A DNA stretch of 64,000 bases from Phoronis australis (taxonomy: Eukaryota; Animalia; Phoronida): NCBI GenBank assembly GCA_002633005.1, contig NMRA01000043.1:530902-594901 (forward strand). Direction: 5' to 3'. Positions 38,017 to 50,335 of the stretch are shown here, one piece after another. The notes under the pieces were generated by a model. It made no database searches. It was not told where the DNA came from and saw nothing but the letters and a program-made list of their open reading frames with translations. Position 1 is the first letter of the stretch; every line of letters begins with the position of its first letter. A program made the translations under genes and the position numbers.

Positions 38017-39852
38017 TAATTGCCTAATGTTCCTCCCTCCACTCATTGCCACAACTAACTTGGGGGAAGGGAATTTTCAGAGTGTTTAGACCTGTTGAGA
38101 TGCCATAGTCAGGGCTTGACATAACGAGCTGCAGGTCGCATTTGCATCCTGAAATTTGGAAATGCGAGCTGAGGTTTTCGTCAGCTCGTATCAAGTTGCA
38201 AAATGTGACCTGGAATTTCCAACGAATGCGAGCTGAGATTTTACACTTCTCGACAGATACCTGGCAAATATAAAGCTACTCTTGTTAATCCGACCATTAC
38301 TTGGTTGTTGCCAAATCCAAGTTCAAAAGACCACTAACTGAGAACAGCCCTCCCAATGACTTCTAAGCAAGTCGCGTGAGCATGGGATATGCAGAATCGA
38401 TCTTAGACGCGTTTTATTGGCTAACATGTTCGGCCACTTTTGCAAATTTCCGGATTTGCCGAAGAAAGTTTCGGGCCACATAACACGTGATAAAACTTCA
38501 CAAAACAGCGGTGTTTTTATTAATTCTTAAGCGATCAACTTATCAAACTTTGTGGTGGACAAATATGTTTGTTTTTTGCTTAAGATGTCCTTATTACATT
38601 TACCAAATATCCACGACAATTTCCTGATATCACCCTGCGGCACTGGTTGGTCCCGTTGTTAGTGTGCAAGTGGTCCCAACAGACAATCGTGATTTAGAGA
38701 TGTGCGCCTCGTTTTTATCCCATAAGACAGCCAAAGTGAAAATGACAACCCTATTAATCCCCAAACGACTAGCACATCTTTACTTTCAGTTGCCAAGAAA
38801 TTCTCAAACCCCATTACTTGTTTCTGGGGCTACGTGCGTGAAATATGATTTATCTTTCACACGTTGTTGCCAACGTAAAGTGTAGGCCTATTCCAGCGAT
38901 TCAAGTGCGTGAACTCACGCGTGCGCACCAGTTCAAAGCTGCACTTCAGAAGAGAACAGCGGCAGTCCTAAATGAAAGAGTATACCGGCTTGGCTCTGTC
39001 AAGCACCCGGGTGCCAATGGTTTATTTGAAAATGAACTCATAGATTCTCGGCAGTTATAAAAGACCTGATGCTTTACGATATTCCGCGGGACGAATGTAA
39101 CCCAGAACTGATATTTTTCGGTTCCGATGTTTCTCGAGGTTGATGTTCTCTAAACCCTATATTCTATGCCCATAGCCAGCTATTACAACTAAACGGGCAC
39201 TAGATGCCAAAGGACAATCACTTTATTTTTATGTGTTTTCACATAAAAAGGTACATCATTCCGAGGGTTTGCTGCTATGAAATTTCATTGGCCCAAATGT
39301 TCAGTACTCCGAAGGTTCGCTACACCGAAGGTTCACCAATTCAAGGGTTCGGGTTCACTACTACAAAAGTTCATTATGTCCAAAGGTTCAGAACTGCGAA
39401 TGTCATTCCGAGCTTGTGCTTGTGACAAAACTGCGAATAAATTCAAGTGAAAAGTTCACGAGAATACAAAAAGCATTATTTGTAAAGCATATTTTAAAAA
39501 TTATTTCAGAATTAAGAGCTGAAGGTTTGAAATAATGAAAGTTGCATTTTCACGACTCCTTGTGGCTGCATTTTTTGGTGAAGTTTAGCTTACTGAGAGA
39601 GTAGCAAGCCTTTGGATAATGATAATTCATTGTTGAGAAATGTGAATGGGTTGTGGATTGTGGCTATGGCTGTCCTAGTCTCAGTGAATGGGTTGTGGAC
39701 TGTGGCTATGGCTGTCCTTGTCTCAGTGTGATGTGCTGCAATTCACCCCCGAACATATTCAAACAGGTGATTGTTGAAGACTCATTCATGTGAACAGCAG
39801 TTTGAAATTGGTCCGTCCTTTTTAACTCAACACCTGTTTGAACATTCTGTTA

Positions 39853-39931
39853 TTGTATGATCAGAATATTGGCAATGATGAATTATTTCTTGTATGATCA
39901 GAATATTGGCAATGATGAATTATTTCTTGTA
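39853..39931. repeat. 37-bp tandem duplication abutting the NXT exon 2 acceptor
   Basis: TTGTATGATCAGAATATTGGCAATGATGAATTATTTC x2, then TTGTAG|. Confidence 0.95.
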
Positions 39932-39932
39932 G

Positions 39933-40019
39933 ACGCTCCGTACAATAGCAGATCAAGCGTGTCAAGCTGGCGAGCAATTTATAAAGATTTACTACGACGG
40001 TCTTGACAAACGGAGACAG
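39933..40019 (+). CDS. NXT: NXT exon 2
   Basis: TLRTIADQACQAGEQFIKIYYDGLDKRRQ, matching the NXT motif DQAC.A.E.F...YY...DKRR; tgtag| acceptor and CAG|gtaagt donor. Confidence 0.95.
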
Positions 40020-40338
40020 GTAAGTTGGCTTATTTACCAGCCATTGTCTTGAGCAGCAGTGAGTGGGCTTATGTGCCAGCCATTGTCTTGAGCAGCAGTG
40101 AGTTGGCTTATGTGCCAGTCATTGTCTTGAGCAGCAGTGAGTAGGCTTATGTGTCAGCCATTGTCTTGAGCAGCAGTGAGTTGGCTTATGTACCAGTCAT
40201 TGTCTTGAGCAGCAGTGAGTTGGCTTATGTGTCAGCCATTGTCTTGAGCAGCAGTAAGTTGGCTTATGTACCAGCCATTGTCTTGATCAGCAGTGAGTTG
40301 GCTTATGTACCAGCCATTGTCTTGAGCAGTTGTGAGTT
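40020..40338. repeat. Minisatellite, 39-bp unit x8, starting exactly at the NXT exon 2 donor
   Basis: GT(A/G)AGTTGGCTTATGTACCAGCCATTGTCTTGAGCAGCA in tandem. Confidence 0.96.
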
Positions 40339-41181
40339 CTTTTCATTTTCCCTAGAAATCACTTCTCAATTGAGGCGGGAAGAAGTAAAGACCAATACAA
40401 TAGTGATAGGTGCAGGTGAGGACCTAGAATTACTTTGTTTGATGGGAGGTGGCTGTTGGTATTCAAATGTATGCACAAACAGTAATCCTCTGTTGGATCT
40501 GGGTATAATTGATTTTGTTACTTCCTTTACACTTTAAGTTTAGTGAAGTTGACCTTATTTAGTGATTCTATTCACATATGGCTTCTGTCTTACAAACCAG
40601 TGGCTTTATCATGCGGACATGTTGATGTTTTTGAAAAACATAACGGGATAATTGTTAGCTCATAAACATTCGATAACGCCATAGATAAATAGAGACGTCT
40701 AAAAAATATGACAAAGACAACAACCAGAATTGGAAGAACAGGTTCACGGCAACATGGTTTTTGATGAGAGTAGGACAAAGCAATCATAGAACATTAAAAA
40801 TTTAAAACGAAATTCAAGGTGTATCAAAAGATTCTCAAGGCATGCATCATCGGGTGACGCAGAAGTCAAATCTCACCACCTAAAATGCAAATTATGATCA
40901 GGTTACACACGCATAAGTTATCTGTGATGTTACCTCAAACACTGGGTTCTTGGCTGACACTTGGTTGACAAAAGTTCTTTTGTCTATAGAAGCTCCCCAT
41001 GATCTCCTCAATTACATAACAATGGTCACTGGGACCAGTCACTGCTAGCTGTGTCCAGTGAGTAGTGTGCAGGTGTAACATTGTAAATTCAAGTCTTGTT
41101 CAGAAAGATGGTCTTAACACAAATAGGCATGTCTGTTATATAAACTTTTTCAGTTGATTGTTTATTTGTTTTCTTTGCTAG

Positions 41182-41326
41182 ACTCTTTCTAAGTTGTACC
41201 TAAACACTGCTACACTGCTTTGGAATGGAAATCAAGTAACAGGAGCTGAGAACATTCTAAAATTCCACGACGAACTTCCATCCTCGGAACACAGTGTTGA
41301 GTGCCTTGACTGTCAACCTTTGAAAG
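41182..41326 (+). CDS. NXT: NXT exon 3
   Basis: TLSKLYLNTATLLWNGNQVTG...ELPSSEHSVECLDCQP, with the NXT motifs WNGN, LPSSE and DCQP; gctag| acceptor and AAAG|gtaaga donor. Confidence 0.95.
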
Positions 41327-42121
41327 GTAAGAGAATCATTTCAGGATAGTAAGAGGAATTTAGTCTCTTCAATCTTTTACTTGAAACCACTTACAACTGT
41401 AAAACTGACCCCACTTTGTTCATAGTTTGACCAGAAGTGACATGCCAGCTTGTATGGGCTTGGTCTCGAACTGAGAAACGCTTGTCTCGTGACATGAGAC
41501 TAGCATTTACAGACTATGCTAGGGTAGGTGCTTTACTCCGCACTGTCTCTTAGGACATTAACGGAATTCTGGTGACAGCAAGGTATTGATAAGGGGATTT
41601 CAACTGCCCTTTGGTTGGAAAGTAATGTTGCCCTTGGGTTGGAAAGTAATGTTTATGTAATTATTCCATCAAATTAGGTTTATTCAATTGCATTAAAAAC
41701 ACAAATGTTGTGGTAATGTGCTGTCTGCAGCTGAAGCGGGTGAGTGGGGTGTAATTTGTAAATGCACATTATAAATCATTGCATATAAACCAAAAGTTTT
41801 TTTTTGTGATGGAAGTTATGTTTTGCAGTGATGGCTGAGATACATTTTGCATACTTTTGACTGAACTAGATGCAAATATAATCCCTGTATCCTTTGTTGT
41901 CTAAAATGCAGGAGCCTTTAATCTCCAGAGAGTTTAAACTCTAAACATTTGACTAGAGATGTGTCACTTGATGGTGATGTAACAAACTAAATACCAATAC
42001 GGTGAGCTGGATGACAGATAAAAGTAGTGTTTTTGTAGACTTGTTTATTTTGATATAGGGGATCTTGAAATGCGACCTGCTAAAAGTTCTACAATTATAA
42101 GCAGTTCTAATTCATTTTCAG

Positions 42122-42297
42122 ATTTTGTCACAGGAGGTCAAACGACAATACTTGTTACAACAGGAGGCGTTGTGAAATACGAGGGAAACAAACCAAAAAA
42201 TTTTAACCAGAGCTTTATACTGACAACTCAGGAGAGTGGGGAGAAACAAATAACGTGGAAAATTGTATCGGACTGTATCCGGTTTCAAGCTGAATGA
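42122..42297 (+). CDS. NXT: NXT exon 4 (last)
   Basis: DFVTGGQTTILVTTGGVVKYEGNKPKNFNQSFILT...WKIVSDCIRFQAE*; ttttcag| acceptor, phase 1. Confidence 0.95.
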
Positions 42298-42892
42298 AGC
42301 CTTCGGCTGTGGACAGCTTTTGGCAGGCAGATAGTTTCGACTCTGTTTTGTGACAGATAATGACTAAGTGTGTGACAAGTGTTCATTCCTGAAACTCAAG
42401 GTCGTGCATTCAAAGTGTTTGAGTATACAGGTCACTTAATGTCATTCTGAGATACCCTTCATTGCTTACATGTAGTGGGGGTTGTCCAAGTTACATGCTT
42501 TGTTTTGAGTTTCACCTAATTAACAGTCCAATTGTGTTCTGGCTTATTTCCCTTGAATGTGCAGATTAATTGCAGCTGAGGACAATGTACAATACTCCAG
42601 TTTACGGACAAGAAAAGAATAAACTATGTACAAATGTTGGTTTGGAGGGGTTTGCAAACACCAAAGGAAACATTTTCTGGGCAGTTTAGGGTCATCATGA
42701 TTGCAATTTACTTCTGAAAGAAAACTCAATATGCAGTCATGTTCAGTGTAATCTCATGTTTAGAATGCAAGTGTCTCAATATAAAGTCTATGTGGAATTT
42801 GTAAAATTTGTCGCATTTTAAGAAATAGTTTATACCACTGTTTGCCTTCTTGTAAGATGAATTCATTGATAATATATTTGCTTTTTAACTAA

Positions 42893-44606
42893 GGGCTGTT
42901 CCAGTAAAAATGTATAGGAGGAGGGGAAGGCACTTTCATTTTTTACCCACCGCCCATATTTTTCTTTTATTTCTCCAACGCACCACCCATAATTTTTAAT
43001 TAGATTGCAGTGAAACCACCCAAATATTTTTAAAAATTGTGCTTGAATTATACATGGTGATGAACGTATCAGGTTTTATTCTCTTTAAATATCTTTGGTT
43101 TTCAGTGTTTTGTTAGCCAATAACGGTCCAGCGGACATAACATCAGCTCCCTCCCAAGCTAGGAATAAAAATTCATGTTTTCCAGTGAAGAATTGGTATG
43201 CACTCTTCGTGTGCATTGCAAATGGCAGATGCTAGGGGTGCTCATTATTTCAAAATTCCTACAAGCGTGAGGAACACTTGTGAACAAGTTGCTTCCAAGA
43301 CACACATCATAAGCTGTTACAACAGGTTATCTCTTCCTGGTTATGAGTACTACAACTTATTAAGAAATCAATGGACAAGAACTAGCTGTCTTGTTGAATG
43401 TTATCGAAAACTAAAGCGGCCATGAGGGTGGTCAAATCAAAACAAAAATCGACTGCTGTCAGTGCATCCCTTGCATATATCTTTGTGCCAAATTTCATAC
43501 AGTTGTGCATGGTGGTTTTTGAGATAATCAACCTGTCTTGTCAAAAACTAAAATGGTCAACGGAGAGTGCTATGGTGGCTAAATCTGTCCGAAAATCGAC
43601 TGGTATTGCGCATCCCCAACATCTATCTCTGTGCCAAATGTCATCATGATACATTAAGCAGTTTTAAGATAATCGATGGTCAAGAAATGACTTGAGTCAA
43701 AAACTAATGTCAAGCAATTTTTGAGATAATCGACACACAAGGAATGGCTTGTTGAAAACTTAAAACGGCCAACACAAGATACCATGGTAGCCAAATCCGT
43801 CCGAAAGTCTACCAGGACTGGACCATCCCTGCCAAGTACCTCTATATAGAATTTCATCATGATCCGTCATGTTGACTTTCAGATAATTGACGGACAAGAA
43901 ATGATAATCAACAACAGACTGGATGCCGACTATATGCGACCACAAAAGTTTTTGTGGGTGCAGAAAAATTCCAACTCGAGTTAGTTGCCAGAAAGTTCCT
44001 TTTCAGACACCTCTGAGCAATACTTTAGGCAGCCACCAGGTGTCTTTTTAATTCCAATAAGATTTTTTCAATTTCGGGAATCTACAAACTCAAAGTGTTT
44101 CCACGAATGCTTTTAGGCTCTATGCCAATTGAATATTGGAGCTTGTTTATTTGACTCCACATACTTTTTATTTCCAAAATCATCAGATTTTCTTCATAAG
44201 TGTGTCAACACCAGTTTAGTGTTCATTTTAATACGACTACAACGTGCATCTATAATCAAGTTGCCCATGCCTTGAGTAATGGCATGGTGTACATATTGCA
44301 CAGCCCATGCCTTGAGTAATGGTCTCTGCAACAAACTAGCAATCTAGTTTCCTGTGGCTGTATACACAAGCATTGTGGGCTTGTTTTTTTGTTGACGGGT
44401 ATTTTTGGTTTTCTACTTTAGGTGTTTTTTCAGATGGTATTGAGGTAGGTGTTTGGCTGAAAATACACACCTGTCAACATTTACAGGATAAAAACACCAA
44501 CCACCTCTAATATTTTACTTCTTTCAAGGACCGCCCATAATTCAATTTACTTCAGAAGACAACCACCCCCACAACCACCACCATACATATTTTGATGGAA
44601 TAGCTC
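42893..44606. mobile_element. PIF/Harbinger-like MITE (family B), containing a HINE
   Basis: TIRs GGGCTGTTCCAGTAAAAATGTAT / ATACATATTTTGATGGAATAGCTC, TAA on both sides; homologous to 47752-48719. Confidence 0.82.
43375..43968 (-). mobile_element. HINE-like element inside MITE family B
   Basis: Minus-strand 5' end TTTTTCTGCACCCACAAAAACTTTTGTGGTCGCAT (subTIR plus inverted repeat), degenerate internal tandem units, 3' end ...TTCTTGT. Confidence 0.6.
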
Positions 44607-47600
44607 TAAACACCTAAGGCAAACCATACAAAAGCTTGTAGAAGCTTAACATTTTTTGTATTTCTATAAAGACTATGGTGGTTTACACATTGTACGGTAT
44701 ATTTGATAAATTACTTCATAAGTCATGTTTAATACTGTGTGTGTATAAAGGTTATAGCAAAATCTATACCATATATAATTACTACTGGCTTACCTAGAGC
44801 CAAATGTTACATTTTTAAACACGTTTTTGTCAATTTGGCTTATAGTTCTTACTGGAGTTTTTTAAAGTCAATTTCTGCTGAAGTGAAGTTTTTAAAAATG
44901 GCTGTTTTTCAAACCAGGTGAAGTGACACAGTGAGCAAGTTACCAAACTGACAACTAGTGCAGGTATGCTGTGTTGCCCACTTTTTAGTCCTGATAACTT
45001 TGCTGAATAGCAGAGACAACCTCAAATTGCCCGTCCTATCCCTAGCGTTTTGACTTGAGTAATAATGCTAACAGGCAATAAACTAATATAACAGTGATTC
45101 AGCCAGGCAGAAACGACAAGTATTTGAATTGTGACACTTGTGCACAGCATATCTCTTGCGGTTTGAGGAACTATTAATAAATATAGTTTTAAAAATCAAG
45201 AAGATTTGAAATGCATTTCAGAGTAAGTAAAATATGCCAAATTGACCAAAAACATCCAAAAAGGTATTATCCCCTTAAAAGAATTTCCCAGAGCCCAATC
45301 ATTGACAATTGTTTGAGCTAGTTCACTTTGAGCAGATCAAGTACACTGACATGTATTCAACTGGAGTTAATCTTAAAAACATTTTTTTCTGTTATCTGAG
45401 CAATTTCTCACATAAACTACTCGTGATGATACCTTCAGTCTAACTTAACCCTGGGTACCAGCAGAGTGTTAATGTAAACTGTCAGCTTAGTTGAACCATT
45501 TGGAACGGCTTCGGTTGTTAGCAAATGTCAAAGTTATATCAGTTTAATGTGTAGTTGTTATCACAAGATGGTGCTCTAAAAATGTTATGCAGCCATAATT
45601 TTTTATTTAATTTGACTTATAGTATATGTAAAGAGCTTGTAGTAGTAGAATGGTGATTATTGACAGGGACACCTGGTGATAACTCCAACGATTCACAAGT
45701 TAATTGTTCGTGCTACATCGAAATGTCGATGCTCAACTGTTAAATCCACTTGCTTACTGTGAAGTTAATTTGTGCTGTTATCTTTCATACCAACAGATGC
45801 TCCCAAACCATGGACAAGTTAGCGTTGGTATGAAAGGCTCTGTAGATGTAACTTGGTCCCTTACAGTTATCAGTAGGTCAATTCAGTGTCACCTACTTTA
45901 ACCAGAAACGATCAGTTTTCAACAGATCCTGTAAATCAAACCACTTGAAGTTATGTAGAGCCTTATGGTGTATGGAGCCATATATTGCCAAAACTATAGA
46001 ATTAAACTGGGTAAAAGTGTATATTTTGTGAAAGTAGAAAACCTTTGGAATTTGACCAACCAATTAATTAGGCCAAGTGACCATGTCTTTTATTTTAGTA
46101 AAATGTAGCAAAAAGAAGGGTACATTCTCAACAAAACAATAATAACAATAACAAGTCATAATCAAGATAAAATCTCAAAAATGCTGTTACAATCTCCGTT
46201 TCATTTTATTCAACTTTGGATTTGTTTCATAAAAAAATCATATAAGTCATATTCTTAATAGCCTCTTATGCAAAAGTAGAACATTTTAAAAAGAAATGCT
46301 AAAAGCAATAACTACAGATTATTCTCGTGGGAAAAGTCGCATCTTTTGGGTAGATTTATATCGTACAGTAAAACTGGCATAAGTCGGACATGCATAAGTC
46401 GGATTTTTGTGTAACTCACACAAAGTTCAGCAGTGCAGTTCTAGTTTGGGCCGGAGATGAAACCTCTCGATCCCATTGAATCCAACTTGTGTGTTTTACT
46501 GCAGCTTGAATTGCTGTGTTTTTTAATAATACATTAGACATGGTAAACTACAAAAAACAAGGTTTTATTTTGTTGTTTTGAGAAGTAAATATCTCACTTT
46601 GTCTGAATTGTCATTTACAGTGGAGGTCACTTAAACATGTATTGGCATACTCCTAAATATGGTAATGTATAACAGGAACTAAACGACAAAGCTATTTAAC
46701 ATAATTTACAGTTGTGTTCATTGATAATTTGTAAATGTGAAAACAAAAATTCAGCCAACAGGTGTCCTTTGTACTAATGATGTACCTCGCAGGCTTGCAT
46801 AGCCTGCGTCATGCAGTGTTAGCACCATGTCACGATACTTACTGGACATAGGTCAGTGATTTACGGAGTATCATTTTTACCACAAAACTCGGATCTTAAA
46901 GCATTTGGCAATTTGCAACCTTTTTCGTATTTACATCATCGCTATATGTTGTATTTCATAATAATTTCTCCAAGCAATCACATAGGTAAGTAATTAGCAT
47001 GCAAGTTCCACTTTAATATACTACTGGATAATATAATTTATTGTGATGTTGCCAGGAAACGTCAAAAAATCAATCCTCATCACACCCATGTAAAATTATC
47101 TGCATAAGTTATTGTCCCATTCCAGATTTGTCATTAAAATTGGTAATATTTAAAATGTGTACCTTCACTTTTCTATCTAAAAAACCAAGTGAAAATTCAT
47201 CTTCAATTCATTTCACTAATGAGAAGTCCAATCCAGATTATAAGATTAAACTGATCATGGCCAGCTTAAAAGAGTGGTTACGCCAATATCCCATTTTTCA
47301 TAATTAAGGTTGAAACGGAGAATATGACATTAAGTGGACTCCACTGTATTTTCGTTATTCATCGTAAATATACTCAATTTTTACAAGGAACTCAAACACT
47401 TTCCAAGTGCTATTTGTCTGATAAAAGCAATGACAACAAAGTTGACTGCCATGAACTGGTGTGACTACGAGAGACAGTGACGTAGGAAGTAGTTCCATGA
47501 TCATTTGATCTAGCTGTATCTTTGTATACAGAGCCAGTAAGATTTGGGCCTTCGCCTGCTGTGGCTGTGCACAAGTAAAACTCGGTTTCATTTGATCTTT

Positions 47601-47751
47601 TAGTTTCTTTGTGCAGGGAAGATATCCGGAGAAGTTGAGAATAAATGCTGACCACAGTGTCGACATCAAAGTAAAAAGTTGAGGATTCCCCGTTCACTCA
47701 TTATCAACACATTTGCTTATGACGTCATGTTCTTCTGGATGTTCTGACTTA

Positions 47752-48719
47752 GGGCTGTTCCAGTAAAAAATGTATGGGAGGGGGGAAGGCACTTTCATTT
47801 CTTATGCACCACCCATATTTGTCTTTTATTTCTCCAACCCACGACCCATAATTTTTAATTAGGTTGAAATATAAAATGTGGTTTTTGAGATAATCGACCT
47901 GTCTTGTCAAAATAAAATGTGAGCCAAATCTGTACGCCAAGTACCTCTATGCCAAATTTTCATCATGATCCGCCAAGCAGTTCTTGAGATAATTGATGGA
48001 CAAGAAATGGTAATGAAAGATGGACCGGCCACAAAGTTTTTGTGAGTGCAGAGAAATTCCATGCGAGTTCACAACTCGTGTCAGTTACCATAAACTTGCT
48101 TTTCAAAGACACCTGCGAGCAATACTTTAGGCAGCCACCAGGTGTCTCTGTCCACCATGTGTCGGTAATTGCAATAAGATTTTTTCAATTTCATTACGAA
48201 TCTCAAACTGTCTCAACGAACCCTTTCAGGCTGCTATGCCAAGTGAATATTAGAACTTGTCTATCCGACTCCTCATAGTTTTTATTTAAAAAATCATCAA
48301 TTTTCTTAGATGTGTTAACACCAGTTTAGTGTTGCAGCAATTTTCATTCTAGTATGACTGTACAACATGTGCCTGTAATCAAGTTGCCCATGACTTGAGT
48401 AGCAGTGTAAAGTACATATTCCATAATGTACACTAGCAACATGGGCATGTTTTGTTGTTTATGGATATTTTTGGGTATCTGTCAATGAATTTTTGGTAAG
48501 TTTTGATTTCTTGTGGTGAGAGGGTATTGAGGTCATTGTTTGGCTGAAAATACCCATCTGTCAACATTTACAGGACAAAATTCACCATCCACTTTTAATG
48601 ATATACTTCTTTCACTAAGGACTGTCCATTATTTAAATTTCCTTCAAAGACAATTGCCCATAAATTTTTATTTCAACTGCCGTCCCACCCCTCCCATATG
48701 CGTTTTGCTGGAACAGCCC
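47752..48719. mobile_element. PIF/Harbinger-like MITE (family B), second copy
   Basis: TIRs GGGCTGTTCCAGTAAAA / TTTTGCTGGAACAGCCC with a 3-bp TTA TSD. A 58-bp tandem duplication spans its right end (~48703-48816). Confidence 0.85.
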
Positions 48720-48871
48720 TTATAGGAAACATTGGAGAGTGAATTGCAAATATGATTGGTTTTGCTAGAACAGCCCTTATAGGAAACATTTGAGAGTGAA
48801 TTGCAAATATGATTGGACCCTTAGAAAAGGAACGGGACTTACTCATGATAGCCAGGTAATGAAATGCTGAT

Positions 48872-48877
48872 TTTATT
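48872..48877 (-). terminator. Candidate polyadenylation signal of the Kelch gene
   Basis: AATAAA on minus, ~380 nt after the stop codon. Confidence 0.4.
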
Positions 48878-49084
48878 AGCATTGATCCAATATTTGTACT
48901 TCACTTACACTTTAGGGGAGTGTTTACACTGTCAATTTTAATCTCTTGTGATCTGAGATAAGGAGATGTAGTTCTCTAGCCTCTCCCAACTCTGAGATGA
49001 GTTCAAGAAAGTTACATTGAATTGTAACTCAGAGATTGCAACCCACAAAATAGTCCCAAATAAAGTATTGCACGTGTAAACTAA

Positions 49085-49129
49085 ACACACACGCAAGCAC
49101 GCACGCACGCACACACATACACACACACA
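49085..49129. repeat. (CA)n/(GCAC)n microsatellite
   Basis: acacacacgcaagcacgcacgcacgcacacacatacacacacaca. Confidence 0.9.
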
Positions 49130-49258
49130 GCTGTCCCTCTCAGTTCAAGTGGTCCCTGTCTTGCAACACTGAATACCATCGTGACTGAACTAGATCCATT
49201 TAAATGAAAACATATAAGGAAAAAATTCAATTATTCCAGGCAGCACAGACTTTGCCTG

Positions 49259-49413
49259 TCAATCTATCTCTATGTCCATATTCAACACCACATACTGTGT
49301 GTGAATACTCGTCTCTGCTATCCCAGCCACCATCTCATCTTTGCTCTTTTCCCACTTGTTATCATCGTTAAGGAAATAGACATTACGCAGTACGTCATCA
49401 TCACTCTCTCCAC
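49259..49413 (-). CDS. BTB-BACK-Kelch protein, coding exon 9 (last)
   Basis: ataacag|GT GGA: GGESDDDVLRNVYFLNDDNKW...IEID*. Nine exons sum to 1944 nt (647 aa). Confidence 0.85.
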
Positions 49414-49939
49414 CTGTTATATAACACAAAGGAATGCACAGTGAAAACACATTCCGTAAAATTTCCCATGGGCTTATAAATAATTAACTTTCTGCAGATG
49501 TGTAAAAATGGAACATTGCCAGAATACAAGCCCATGGGCTTACACACACAGCACTACCACAATTAACTCCTTATTGCAAAACACATTAGTCTGCTTCAGT
49601 TGTAATCATTGCTTCAGTCCTGATAATACATCCATACATGCCCATAATGATGCACAAGTCGTCACGCACATAAATTGTCACGGACCTCAATGTGACCAGT
49701 TAAGCAAGACCATACAGTTTGTTGGGAAATAAGACCAGTCCATTTATAATTTATCGACCTATGACCACAATTTTAAGTACAGTTAAAATCATCATATTCT
49801 TGCTGGCAAAACCATGCACAAATAACAAATAAGGAAACAATATGGCACAAGTTGTAAAGTTGAATGTGATAAATATGGTCCTGGCAAAAAAACTGTTTCC
49901 CAACTCTGGGCTTATTGGAACATGGCCACACTCAAATAT

Positions 49940-50335
49940 GCCATCGCTTCTTTAACAGAAAGCTATTTATCAAATTTCATAAAAATCTGTCAAGGAACTT
50001 CATAGAAACAAAGGAAAACGGAAAAAAATGAAATTGCACTATGGGGCACAGCATTCATTGGATCGGCCTGAAAGACATCGTCTGTTTGCTTCATATAAAT
50101 GGAACTACTAAATTTAATAAAGAACCTGCAGCGTGTTAAGGAGCTGCAGTTAGGAGCGCAAAACAAAACAAAACTACCACTAGGAGGTGCCACAGTAGTC
50201 GAATTTGTTATAGTCAACCGCCCTCTTCACACGGAGAACATACACGCCAATTTTCAAAATCAGAATGGTTTGGTTGATCGAGGGGTGGACGCCAAAAAAC
50301 AGACTCGAAAACAGGAAAAATGGCCATTACGTGGT
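49940..50335 (-). mobile_element. HINE internal-repeat fragment
   Basis: Reverse-complement similarity to ~18930-19340. Confidence 0.8.

Noticed and set aside
40151-40537. 128-aa ORF with VLSSSELAYVPAI repeats
   Set aside because: Translation of the 39-bp intronic minisatellite, GTG start, and not in the NXT frame.
47355-47750. Overlapping minus-strand ORFs downstream of the Kelch stop
   Set aside because: No recognisable domain or splice context, and the Kelch CDS is already complete at 49259.
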